Source: Vitrella brassicaformis CCMP3155
Taxonomy: Eukaryota > Protista > Chromerida
Direction of reading: 5' to 3'
Assembly (NCBI GenBank): GCA_001179505.1
Contig: CDMY01000268.1
Coordinates: 1 to 64,000, forward strand
Length of the DNA: 64,000 bases
The position numbers and the translations under genes were made by a program. The notes below the pieces were generated by a model that was not told the origin of the DNA, searched no databases, and saw only the letters and a program-made list of their open reading frames with translations. The first letter of the stretch is position 1. Every line of letters starts with the position of its first letter. Below are positions 13,130 to 25,603 of the stretch, one piece after another.

Positions 13130-16100
13130 ATGAGTCCAAGACCCCTTAAGCCTCGGCTACCCATGCTCACATTGCTGGTGGCGTCTTTGTTGACGTTTAA
13201 CTTGGCAGCTGCCCAGATGAGAGTGACGACGCCACGTGCGTTGGCCGAACAGCTCACCCGCCGCTTCCCGGACGGCATAATCATCGGCACAACTGCAACA
13301 TTCGGAGCACCACACTATGGTAGGACAGCAAAGGGGCCTCTCGCTAACAATCCATCGTGTGCTATCGACGCATCAGGGACGAAACTGGTTGGCCGTCTTA
13401 TCTACAGAGAGGACGTCAGCTCGATGCACTGCAAGCCCGGCTACTTCAACGTTACGAAAGACCTGCCGGCTCTGGATGCCTTCGATGGCAACGTCGCCAG
13501 CCTGCCCACCGCATTCCACTATCTCATCATCGTGGTGGACAGGTCGTACACACATCAGAGTCGGCAAACACTCACGAAAACCCAATTTATGCCCGTGTCT
13601 GTGTGGTGCAGAGGCGTGTGTACGTTCGTGACGAAGGTCAAGGTAGCGCAGGAAGAGTATTCGGCGACGGCAGTGGTGGTGGTGGACAGCAAAGGGTCAA
13701 GCGCAACGTGGCAGGACATTCAGTATATCATCATGGCTGATGACCTCTACGGCAGGAACGTATACATCCCCTCCATCCTCATCGACCACGAGACGGGCCA
13801 GCTGCTCAAAGACTACATCAAGCAGGCAGACATGAGTAACGAGGAAGACGAGAAGACCGTCTACGGGACGCTGGAGTGGGGCGTCTCTGAGAAGGATGTG
13901 GTTATTGTGGACTTCTGGACTTACGCTTCATCACAAGAAGGTGAATACAGCAGGTCAGATCACCCGCCCAGCTTAGATGCATGTCTCGCCGGCTGAGGGT
14001 TACAAAAGTGTCATGGTGCGGATGTCCTCTCTCTGACAACGGTCAAACCCACACGCGAAGCATGCCAGCCACCCATACGCGCAGCCAAACACACCAGACG
14101 ACCAACTGATCTCAGCCAACCGAGAGAGAGAGAGGTAGCCAGCCACACATACACTTTCGTGCCGTCCGCTCTGAGAGAGAGTCCCGTGTTCCCCTGACTG
14201 ATGTGCGGGTCAAATGCATGTGCTGTCTGCCTCAGTATGTGATCGGCGAGGGGACGGACCTTGTGGCGGATACGTAGGCACACACTGGGAGGCTAGAGAG
14301 ACAACACAGACGGACAGACAGGCAGATCACAAGCAGATATGCGTGCATGTAATCCCGATGAGACATGACCCCAAAAGCATCCCAGGACATGCATCCGGCC
14401 AGTCGGGAAGAGGGGAGAGGAGTAGGTCAGCACAGGAGCGAGTCCTGGAAGGACGAGGAGGCACATGGACTCAGAGAGAGAGCAAGATCTGGCTGAGGGA
14501 AGATGATGCAAGAAGGGCAGCTAGCTGTCGTACGAGTACTCGTGCCGCCTCGCTGCGGACTCACCGGGAGGGTGACCGGCACCGAGAGGGTGATCCGCAG
14601 GACGACGTACTCGTTCTCCACCATCACTCACATGCGCACTCCACCATCACTCTGCGGCTCCAAAGGCGGCTTGGGAAGACGCCCTGCCAAAGGGAAGTGA
14701 TCGGAACGACCGAAGACCGTGCCGAAGCAACAGATCTCAAGAGAATGACGTCAAGTCATATCGGAGGGTCAACAACGAATCATGAAACGCAACGGCACTA
14801 ACTCGCTCGGCCAACTGCTGCTATCTCCCGTCTTACGCCCCCAAGCCCACGCATGCATGCAATGCGGGCTTATCTAGCGCTTCTGCCTTCCCAGGCTGCC
14901 TCTCCCTGTGCGTATCTACGGCCTGTCGTCATGCTTGCCTACACACAACTACTATCCTTCAGCCTGCCATCCATCAGCATCAGCACCAGCGCCATCCATT
15001 CATCCATTCATCCAGGCGGCATCCTCTCCATCAGCACACGGTCCACGGCATCCAATCCATCCGTCCATCACATCCCGACACACGTCCACACACGTCCACA
15101 CACGTCCACTTCTCTGAGCCGAGCGCCTTCATCAGGGTCACAGACAGGGGCGAAGGGCATCATGAGCACTTCGCAACACGACCCCGCCGGTCAAGCGCGA
15201 GGCACACGGCTTCGGCGATGGATTCGAGCGAGAAAGAGGAGGAGGCGGCCCACAACAGCTCGCAGATGGGCAAGGCAGCGAGGAGGGAGGAAAGGAAGGC
15301 AAAACCGTCGCCAATAGCAAGGCGTCATCGACAGCAGCACCAGGTAGAGAGGTAGCAGGTCCCTCGGGACTTCCAGTCGTCAGGCCAAGGGAGAAGGGCA
15401 CGACGCCATCGCGCAGAGAGGTGAGGGAGAAGGACCTCATTAAAACCGATATCGACAAGGCAAGTAGGCCATAACAGACAAGGCAGCAAGATCAGGATAG
15501 GCGTCCGAGTCGTCTGCAGCCGGTTGGGGTGTTGTGTGTCATTGGTCAGTCAGCGGACACCAGGGATGGGCAGGGAGAGCAGTCCTTCCGAGAGAAGACG
15601 AAAGATCGGCACGTCCAAGAGCCTTCAGTTGACCCATGGCACTTGTGAGTCCAGAGTGAGCCGCTCAGCACGGACAGGGGGCTTCACCATCAGGATCAGA
15701 GGTACGCACAGTGAGGAAGAAGGAAGGAAAGCCCTCTGCACCGACTTGAGCAAGGTCCTTGACTGGCATTCTTTCAGATGATATCCAGCTGCGTTATTGG
15801 TGACGACTGCAAGGCGGCAGGGGACATCGAGGACGACAGTAATGGCCTCCAGTCGGCCGACATGGGCAAAGTAGGCAAGTGACAGCAGCAGGGCAGCCAG
15901 CGGGGCGTGTGACGGCACACCAGACCGGTTCAGCAATGGTCAGCTGGGAGCCAGAGTGAGGAAGAACGACTGCAGATAGGGCATCAGGTGGACCAAGAAG
16001 ACGAGGGAAAGTCAAAACGGCTGGGCAGTGGTCAGCAGGGGGCCCGAGTGAGGAAGAACGACTTCACATAGGGCATCAGGTGGACCGAGAAGACGAGGGG

Positions 16101-19100
16101 AAGTCAAAACTGCAAGGGTAGACCACGGGCACACGCCGAGAGGGATGGCGCACACCCATGCGATGGCTCTTAAAACGACATGTGGTCTGTGCACTCCAGG
16201 TGTCGCGAGGAATGCTGGTGGCCATCGAGAACGAAGAGATACGCGTCCAGACATCAGAGCGGTGAGTATCAGATGGATACATCCAAGGAGACGAACATCC
16301 AAACATGTCCCTGTGTCCACCATGCCCCGCATCAGATAGGCATCGAACCGGCACTTCGAGGACGAAGGAGATCGAACATGACGGAGATTGAGCGCGACAG
16401 AGATCGAACAGGTCTTCACCAACAACATACCACGGTAACCCACTCGACACAAACTACCACAGGTGGCTTGATGACAGATAGTCGTATGGTGACCGTTCAG
16501 GTGGGTCGGCGTCCCTTGCGCGAGCGGAGCTGCATGTGTCGTGGAGCAGCTGTGATGGCCCGCTTTGCCCTCTTCTGACGCTTGTCATTGAAGGCCATCC
16601 CGGTCTCATACGCTCGGAGGGCATCTTGGTCTGACAGCTCGCTCTCATTCTCCCAAGCGGGCAAACGACCCTCACGACGCACGTAATACCGAGCATGAGA
16701 GGCGGGGTGGAGCAGCAGCATTCAAGTCAGGTGGCCCACGTGACGGCATGGACGAATGTTGCTGTGCACGTGACATGATGATGGATTCGAACGGGAATGA
16801 CGGGTTCGAGCGGGAAGATGGGTTCGAGCGGGAAGATGGATTTGAACAGGAAGGATGGGTTCGAACAGGAAGGATGGATTCGAACAGGAAGGATGGATTC
16901 GAACGGGAAGGATGGGATGAACCGCTTGTTCACGATATACACACGAGTTCCACAGGTCTCTCAGTTATCAACACCAGCTCACACGACGCAGCGCCAGACG
17001 AGTCCCTCAATACACGCACGATCAGCAGCGACACCGTCAGTCAGCAGCACCCCACGGGCAGCAGCGGCGATCAGCAGGAAAAAGGGTCGGGGAAGTGCTG
17101 CTCCCGCTCGGTCCCTGCTCTTCTTCTTCGGTGGCCTCGTGCTGCTGCTCGGGCGTGGCGTGTGGGGGTTGTGGTGTGGTCGTCTGTGGCTGTCTGGGGG
17201 GCTGCTTGTTCTCGGGTGGTTGCGACAGCTCAGCGCCCTCGCTTGGCTGCGCACGCGCCGTTTCCTCCGCTTGAACTACAGCGGCAGGCTTGAGCTCAAC
17301 ACCACCGTGAAACTGCGACCGACGATCAGGAGATCTCCTGTCCTTCTCCACAAGAGGGCGGAGAAGTCGTCATCTTGTTCGCACACCGAACCAAACTCAA
17401 CCTGCGACCACCAGCATGTTTCCCAATAGCAACGACAGCAAAGGACAGCAGAGATGACGCGATGTTGAATGACAGTCCGGTGCTCTCGTGGTAGATCTGG
17501 CTGAGGCTGGCTCGCCATGTGCGGCTGATCTGATCCTCCCCACAGCCACATCGACAGCATCGCGCTCCTATCCAGACCGATACACATCCATCCAAACCAA
17601 CACCAAACGCAATGACGACAGCACCCATGCGCAGACCACCCCCCTCGCAACCAAACGACAGACCCGCGAACGGAAAAAGAAGAACGGCAGATGCACCAGT
17701 GTTACGAAAGTGTCATGGTGCGGATGTCCTCTCTCTGGTAACGGTCAAACCCACACGCGAAGCATACCAGCCATCCATACGCGCAGCCAAACACACCAGA
17801 CAACCAACTGATCTCAGCCAACCGAGAGAGAGAGAGAGAGGTAGCCAGCCACACACATGCTTTCGTGCCGTCCGCTCTGAGTGAGAGTCCCGTGTTCCCC
17901 TGACTGATGTGCGGGTCAAATGCATGTGCTGTCTGCCTCAGTATGTGATCGGCGAGGGGACGGACCTTGTGGCGGATACGTAGGCACACACTGGGAGGCT
18001 AGAGAGACAACACAGATGGACAGACAGGCAGATCTCAAGCAGATATGCGTGCATGTAATCCCGATGAGACATGACCCCAAAAGCATCCCAAGACATGCAT
18101 CCGGCCAGTCGGGAAGAGGGGAGAGGAGTAGGTCAGCACAGGAGCGAGTCCTGGAAGGACGAGGAGGCACATGGACTCAGAGAGAGAGCAAGATCTGGCT
18201 GAGGGAAGATGATGCAAGAAGGGCAGCTAGCTGTCGTACGAGTACTCGTGCCGCCTCGCTGCGGACTCACCGGGAGGGTGACCNNNNNNNNNNNNNNNNN
18301 NNNNNNNNNNNNNNNNNNNNNNNNNNNNNNNNNNNNNNNNNNNNNNNNNNNNNNNNNNNNNNNNNNNNNNNNNNNNNNNNNNNNNNNNNNNNNNNNNNNN
18401 NNNNNNNNNNNNNNNNNNNNNNNNNNNNNNNNNNNNNNNNNNNNNNNNNNNNNNNNNNNNNNNNNNNNNNNNNNNNNNNNNNNNNNNNNNNNNNNNNNNN
18501 NNNNNNNNNNNNNNNNNNNNNNNNNNNNNNNNNNNNNNNNNNNNNNNNNNNNNNNNNNNNNNNNNNNNNNNNNNNNNNNNNNNCGTCCACTTCTCTGAGC
18601 CGAGCGCCTTCATCAGGGTCACAGACAGGGGCGAAGGGCATCATGAGCACTTCGCAACACGGCTGTTATGGTTGTTGGGCGCAGGCAGTCGTTTCCTGCA
18701 GGAGTATTCTCGCCATGCGGAGATGCTCAAGAACCACATGCGCTTCGTGCCACACTACCGCATCGTGTCCTTCCCTCTACAGTTCGAAGACCTCTGCTAC
18801 GACCCTACCTTCACGCCAGGCACAGCGAAGAAGACCCTCTTCTGCGTAGACGATCCCGACGCCCCAACCGGGCCCATCACTGGCGAACTGGTCACAGCCA
18901 ACACCACACACGGAGAGATAAAGCAACAACCATCCTCTTCTGTGTGTGTGTGTTTCTGTGTGGTTACAGGTGGTGAGGGAGACTCTGCGTCAGCTGTGTC
19001 TGTACAAGATGACAGCCACTCCAATGCCCGGCCACACTGGTTCGCTCTTTAGCGATGCATATTGGCGATATGTGGAGGCCTTCGCCGAGCGGTGCTCCAT

Positions 19101-19626
19101 CCAGGCACACACATCAGAGAACGGCCTCCCGCCCTTCTCTGATATGTGCGCCGACGCGATCATCGACGAGCTCTATCGTGACGCCATTATCGACAGTCGG
19201 CAGATGTCAAGGCAGGACATTCAGGACTGTATGGAGGGGCAGAAGGGGCACGAGATCCTCTCCAACGAGCTCTCCAGCATGGCATGGAGTGTGCACACAA
19301 TCAGAATCAATGGCTGGAGGTCGGTGAAAGGACAAAAACCCATGGGAGGCACACACAGTGTGTGTGTGTATTTGAGTGTTTAGGTATGCCGGCATGGTTG
19401 AGGCTGATGCGGTGACAAAGGCCGTATGCGAACAATTCGCCGACCAGCCGCCAGCATGCAAAATACTGCTCAAGTGAGCGAATTACCAGCACACACACAC
19501 ACACACACACATTGCCACGAGCTAGTAATGCTCACTGCTCGCTGCATGTTGTCATACGCACGCAGGAAGACAGAGTGCGAAGAGATGGCGGCAAAGAATG
19601 ACGCACCCTGTCCGCTGTATGGATAG
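13130..19626 (+). CDS. Vacuolar sorting receptor (BP-80/VSR)-like PA-domain protein, apparently without a TM tail; one intron hosts an LTR element
   Basis: Signal peptide; PA motifs GTTATFGAPHYG, DRGVCTFVTKVKVAQ, IPSILID..G. Continues after 18684 as GSRFLQEY..RFVPHY..C..FCVDDPD..VVRETLRQLCLY..YWRYVEAF..TIRINGWR/YAG, ending CPLYG* at 19626. Phase 1 matches across intron 13941-18684. Confidence 0.8.
16790..16915. repeat. ~18-bp tandem repeat (GGATTCGAACAGGAAGGA-like, ~7 units) inside the LTR element
   Basis: Repeated gg(a/g)tt(c/t)ga(a/g)c(a/g)ggaag(g)at units. Confidence 0.8.
17685..17698 (-). promoter_or_regulatory. Primer-binding site complementary to a tRNA 3' end (..CGGCAGATGCACCA), probably tRNA-Gly
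   Basis: The plus strand reads CGGCAGATGCACCA then G, then the LTR. The CCA end and TGCA-CCA resemble eukaryotic tRNA-Gly 3' ends (from memory). Confidence 0.65.
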
Positions 19627-19884
19627 GCAGCGATGGCATTCATTTAATTTGTGTCTTTGTTGAAATGAGTCTTTTCGCTGGCTGCTTCATATATGAAACG
19701 ATTTGCTCTGTCAGTGGCTTTGGGGTGGTCCTACTCTGGCCTTGGTGTGATAGTGCGCTGGTCTGTCGGGTATGTGTATGTTTTCATCAAACGACTGATC
19801 GAGCAACTTATACTGTTTTCTTCAATCAAACGACCTGAGCTTAGCTCGTGAAAGTGAATGATGATCACACTGTGCCTAATTACC

Positions 19885-20070
19885 CGTCGTCCCTGACCTG
19901 CAGCAGTGCATTTGCGAGCAGCGGGTCGCGCGAGCCGAGGGTCCTGAGATGGTGAGTGAAGCATTGGGGTGGGAAGAGGTAAGGCTTGCTGTGTATGTGT
20001 CTGGCAGGCCATTCGCTCTACGCACAGTGAGAGGCAGAGAAGAGGCTTTTCTGGGCAGATCTGATCTGGG
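19885..20070 (+). pseudogene. Decayed remnant of RING exons 1-2
   Basis: Reads SLTCSSAFASSGSREPRVLR|gtgagtgaagca..cag|GCCATTCGCTCTACGCACA|gtgaga, homologous to CGICTNGFTSSGQNEPRQLRC|gtgagt..|GCCATTCGTTCTGCGCAGAT|gtgaga of the RING-TLDc genes. Confidence 0.6.
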
Positions 20071-20278
20071 GAGATGGTCTGATGCATACACGCTTCGTGT
20101 GTTCATGTGCGGTGCGTCGCCGTGGTTGTATGCGTGTCTGAACGAATGAATGACTGGTTGGTGGGGAGAACTTTTTAAAGGGGATGGATGGATGGATGGA
20201 TGCACTGCACGGACGACAGATGGTCGCAGCATGCAGCACCTCAACAAACACGTCGTTTGCTCAGAGATGAATGAATAA

Positions 20279-20310
<32 letters not shown>

Positions 20311-20736
20311 GTGTATTCACCTGCCGGTATGCGTACTGCAAATTGTGTCCGTATACAGCAGAAACTTCCATAAGCTTTCGCGGCTGTTTGTCTGATCAGT
20401 GTTGTCAAGTCGGGAGGCACCCCTTATCTGACTCGTGCAACGCTCTACCACGCCAATGCGTCAATTGCCATTGCTAATGGGGGACACATCCACTCCAGAC
20501 CTGCGCCAGCTGCTTGAATCCTTTCCGTGCATGAGTTCAATCACCTCGAATCGTCAAAAAGCTCGCTGTCCCGAAACGGGACTTCCGTGAGTGGAGCATC
20601 ATGACACTCATTCCGGCATTCCTCAGCTGCCCAATCACACTGACACAAAGCGATGCCGCAGAGGATCTGAAAGCCGGTGACTGAGCTTCTCTGGTCGTTG
20701 CTTCTCTCGTCGTCCGCGCAGGGAGGCTTAGCGCTG

Positions 20737-23700
20737 ATGGAAGAGCACCAGGAAGAGCAGGAGGCTCCTCTCCTACCGGGTCAGCAGACAAGGAAAGATG
20801 CCTTTCGTCGTGTCCATCGTGCGGCGTTTGCAGGTGCTGAGGCAGCCCATCTTCTGACACTGCAGGAGCATGCTACGGTCGTCGCTCAGTCGCTGCACGC
20901 AGATGGGCAAATCGATGGACATGATCCGCCACAGGTGAGCATGCCAAATGAAGGAATGAATGCCTCAAGATGATCTGATCATCCTTCTGTTGCCCTTCTG
21001 TTGCTTCTGCGTCAGCCATCGGTCCATCATTTTTCACTTCAGCCAGCCGACGAATGGCCCTTTAGCCATCCACCGGCTCTCCCTCTATCTCCCCCATTTC
21101 TCCCCCCTGCCGAGCATCCCCACCTCTCATCGAACATGACGCCCCGTTCTTACGCCCTGGTCCCATTCTTCTCGTCGGACGAGCAGCAGCCGAGCGGTGC
21201 GAGTGAAGCACTGTGTGACTTTGACCATGTGACTGACGGCACTGCCCAGATGGTGACCACACAGACAAGCAGCGATGCTACTGCACAGAGGGATGCTACA
21301 AATAGACTGCCTCACCGATTGTCTGTGCTCTCTTCTTTTTGGTGCAGCAAGCAGCAGCGGACCAGCAGGGTGCACCTGCACAAGAGGCTCCTCCATCTGG
21401 TCAGCAGACAAGAATGCACGCACCCAGACATGCTGTTTCATCGCGTCCATCGTGCTGTCGTTTGCAGGTGGTCAGCCTCTGGCCTACAGCTGGAGCGAGG
21501 ACAATTCAGTGCAGCGAGCCGCTCCAGCCATCAGCGACTCGCTGCACCCAGATGGGCGCACCGATGGGCTTGGTCTACCACAGGTAAGCAGAGAAGATAA
21601 CGCGTGCATCCATTGATTTCATCCCTTTGTCGCGTGCCTGTCTGTTTCGTTCAGCCATCGGGCCATCATTTATCACCACCAGTGGAGGCTCACCCATCAG
21701 CAGTCCAATGGCCCTTCGGTCATCCCGCCGCTCTTCCCCCTTTCATCCCACACAACCACCTCGAACCATTCCCTCCTGCCGGCTACCAAGATCCCTCACT
21801 TCCCATGCCCCTCCCAGCTCACTCCTCTGACTCTCACTTCCAGCTCCCTCTCATTGACCCACTCATGGCTGGCGCACCTGGCGGTCTACCGCTCTCCACA
21901 GAGGGATCGCTGAGGCAGCGAGCGTCATCCCTCCCACCCCCACGGACACACAAGGCGGCGCCTGAAGTGACGCTCGCCGAGAGAGAGGCGCTGCTGGCCG
22001 ACTTCGAGAGGCGCAAGGAGCAGGGAGAGGAGCTGACCATGAGGGCATTTGCAGTCGAGAAGGGAATCACTCTCAGCCAGTTCAAGCACTGGTACTATCG
22101 GTCAAAAGGGGGGGCACATCATGAGGCGGCGGACAAGACAAAGAAGCGCACCAGGAAGTCGCCCTATCAGCCGATCGAAGACGAGATACGCCAATGGCTG
22201 GTTGGCCATGATGATCCGACTAGCATCTCCGTGGAGCACATGCGCCGCACGGCACTGGAGATTGCGCAGCGGCTGGGCATCAGTGGCTTCAAGGCGAGCG
22301 ATAGGTGGATCAGTGATGTGAAGAAAAGATACAAGCAGGTGGGACAGAGGGCACACAAGCGGGGGACGAGTGGACGATGGATTGCACGTCTGTCGCCTTT
22401 GCCTGTCGTCCAGACTGTTGCTTCCACCGATCAGACTTCCCCCGCTGCTGCTGCTGATGCTGCTGCCGCAAGTGCCGTCCCACCTCCCTCGATCTACACC
22501 AACGGCATGACGGGCGACCAAGACTGCGACGCGTTCCCGCAAGAAGGAACGCACAGACTGCGCGGAGCTGACGCATCGAAGTACACGCAAGGGGCATTGA
22601 ACCAGACCGATCAGGTGACAAGCAATCGACACATCACGCCCATCTTCTTATGTTCTAGCCACATCTTTTGTGCTGTTGGCAGAGCCGCGAAGGAGGGCAA
22701 TTTGTGTCGGCTGCCGCCGCGGCGTCTTCTCATCCCCCTCATTCCCTTCCCTCTACACTTACCCACCGGCCGGAGCTGCACATGCCAGCTGCAGCAGCTG
22801 CCGCGGCTCTCCCTGCACCTACCTACTCATCGGCAGGTGGACACATGGATGCTGCAGCGGCCGCGGCAGCGGCTCTCGCTTTCCAGATGCATCCACCCCA
22901 CACACCTTCCCTACCTATTCCCGTCCCTCACCAGTCACCACAGAGGGAGCTTTCCGACGTGAAGGGACTGAGCAGACCGGTTCGCAACACGCGCCCGTAT
23001 GGTGCTTCAGCGACATGTGTTTCTCTTCTCGCAGAGCACTGAGTCTGTTGCAGCCCCGCCATCAAGCCGCGAGGGACTGAGCGATCAGCAGGTACGACAT
23101 CAGACGATGCACCCAGCCCGTGAATGTATGTCGTGCGCTGTGTTGCAGGGCCAAGTGGCTGACGAGTCAGCTGCGGTGCGAATGGCGGATGGCTTCATCG
23201 GCCGTCGTCATAACGATTGGGTGACTCATCGGCGGTTGAGCGTGCAGAACCCACCGGCTGCTGACGGCGATCGAAGGCTGCACCAGCAATCGCAGTACTC
23301 GAGACAAGAGGCTCATGTGCCTGCCGCAGCTGCTGTCGCCAGTACCCATCCCCATTTTCCAGTGCAGCCGCCCCACTCCCATCCCTTACCCAGGCCCCTC
23401 ACCCACCCGTTGGAAGCAGCTCCGGCTGCCGCTGCTGCAAGTCGGGAGGCGGATGGGTTCATCGGACCGACGACCGACCTCAGCCGACAGGTAACACACT
23501 AATCCTGACACCACGGCGACAACTGAGGCCTTTTGTCTGCCTGTCTGTCTGTCTGTCTTGACTTGGCTGGCTTCAGACCACCACCTGCCCACCAGACGAC
23601 GATGCTGCTGTCAGCGATCGGCCGCTCGACGAGCAATCGCAGCATTCGGGGCAAAAAACCATGAGCGTAAGCCAACCAACAGGGCTCACTAATCTGTTCA

Positions 23701-25603
23701 ACAAAGCAGCATATTTCGGCTGTCTGTGTTGTCGTTCAGATTTTTCAGTCTGGGAGTCGACTGACCAACGAGAGGCCGCCAAACAAGATCCAAAAGGCTC
23801 CCACACGCAGCCACCGAGAGGGCCCGCCGTCTGTGGTGAGTGAAACGCCATGAAATAAACATCCACACAGACGGGGAGGCATCGTGCTGTTGTGTGTGCA
23901 GGTGCTGTCCCGTTCATCGGCCAAGTCTGTGTTGACAATGACTGCCGACGATCGCCTCAGTGACATACCAGAGGTCAGACACACACAAGGAGGCCAATTG
24001 AGAGCATTAGGACGCGTCTGGCTCTCTATGCTGTGCGATTAGGATGACGATGGTGACGCGATTAACGTGTCTGACGATGCGAGTAGTTATGTCACGGCCC
24101 TCTCAAGTCGCAGCACGACTGACGGGGACGACCGATCGCCCGACCGCCAGGTGAGAATGCCCATGGGGTGATTGCAGCATCACCACGATTGTCCTCACCT
24201 CCCTCTCTGTGTGTGCAGGTGGTCACTGGCAGCAGTCTGACTTCGACTGAGTGTGCGGCCCTCCGCCCCGTTTTGGCGCTCGGCATGTTGGACGAATGTG
24301 AATTGACTCTGCTGTACAGGTGCGACGCACAAACCACATCACAGACACTGCAGTCAATCATGTGCCCTTCGCTGTTGTCTCTGATGTTCTCAGGGCGTCG
24401 CGTGACGGCGCAGAGTATGGCGATTTGCTGCGCTGTGTGGGCGACGCGCAGCAGCTGGTGTTCGTCATCCGCAAGGACAAGTACGTCTTCGGCGCCTTCA
24501 TCAGTGCCAACATCCTAGTGCCCGATCACCCAAGAGGCATGAACCGCTACCTTTGTGATGGGTGGGATTTCTCGCTGGCCGGCCACTTCCCCAGACCGAC
24601 CAAGGTCGGGGAAGGCCTGGCCGGGCAGATGTGGGGGGACCGGCTGCCAGTGGGTGGGGCGAAGCTGTGGATCGGTGCGATCGGTGGGTGGCTGGAGTTG
24701 GGCTGTGAGGGTGGCGTTGCTGCTGATATGCGCAGCTGCCGTCATATCATCAGCAGCCATCGTGTGCTTGAGGGCTATGTGGGGGTGAGGGATGAGTATG
24801 GCCGTGCTCTGTTTGGGGGCAGTGAGGAGTTTATGGCCGATGAAGTGGAGGTCATTCGTGTCGACGGTCGGTCACTGCTCTCACTCAAGGTCACACACAC
24901 GTCAGCGAGAGAGAGCCGCATCGACGCCCTGTTGATTTGATTGCAGGTGATCGAGGGTGCGAATTTTGATCCGCTCCACTCTGCCGCACTCTATCGGTTC
25001 CTCGGACTGACAACTGGAAACACACTGAAGCTCATCTACAGGTGTCATAAATCGTCCATCGTTTGACTCTCTCTCTCTCGTCTTCCTTCTCTTTTCAGGG
25101 CTTCCCGTGACGGGCCATTATACGCCGATCTGCTGCGGTGTGTTGGCGATGCGAATAGCCTGGTGTTCGTTGTCAGCAAGGACAAGTACGTCTTCGGCGT
25201 CTTCATCAGTGAGGTCATCCGGCTGCCCGACTACAACGACTACGGCTGCGATGTGTGGCACTTCTCGCTGGCCGGCCACTTCCACAAGCCCACCAAGATA
25301 GAGGAGGGGAAAGGTAGAGTGTGGGTGGCAGGGCGGGGGGGGACACTTTTTCGGGCGAAGCTGGTGATCAGTGGGAATGGGTGGCTGGAGTTGGGCTCTG
25401 AGGATGGCTCTGCTGCTGACATGCGCAGCTGCCGTCAGTGGATCCACAGCTGGGATGTGCCTCAGGGCTATGTGGGGGTGAGGGATGAGGGTGGCCGTGC
25501 TCTGTTTGGGGGCAGCAGGGAGTTGTCATGGCTGATGAAGTGGAAGTGCTCACTGTGGTTTGAGAGGGAGAGAGAGGTCAGATTGACTGAGGACTGCATA
25601 TGA
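20737..25603 (+). CDS. CENP-B/pogo-type double HTH + low-complexity linker + two TLDc domains (copy 1, long N-terminus; frameshift in last ~12 codons)
   Basis: EREALLADFERRKEQGEELTMRAFAVEKGITLSQFKHW..RKSPYQPIEDEIRQW..RRTALEIAQRLGISGFKASDRWISDVKKRY at ~21980-22338. Phase-consistent exons lead to TLDc exons at 24393-24888 and 25098-25603. Confidence 0.75.

Larger units (their letters stand above)
13998..18659 (-). mobile_element. Non-autonomous LTR retrotransposon (~4.66 kb)
   Basis: Direct repeats 13998-15178 and 17700-18659 (the second contains a gap). Termini TGTTAC..GCAACA in the right copy; the left copy starts GGTTAC. PBS-like TGGTGCATCTGCCG lies 1 nt inside the right LTR on the minus strand. 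The 2.5-kb interior has only broken ORFs and no RT/IN motif. Confidence 0.85.

Noticed and set aside
21900-22340. Active pogo/Tigger transposon
   Set aside because: HTH only; no DDE domain, TIRs or TA duplication seen, and the HTH is spliced into a host-like multi-exon gene.
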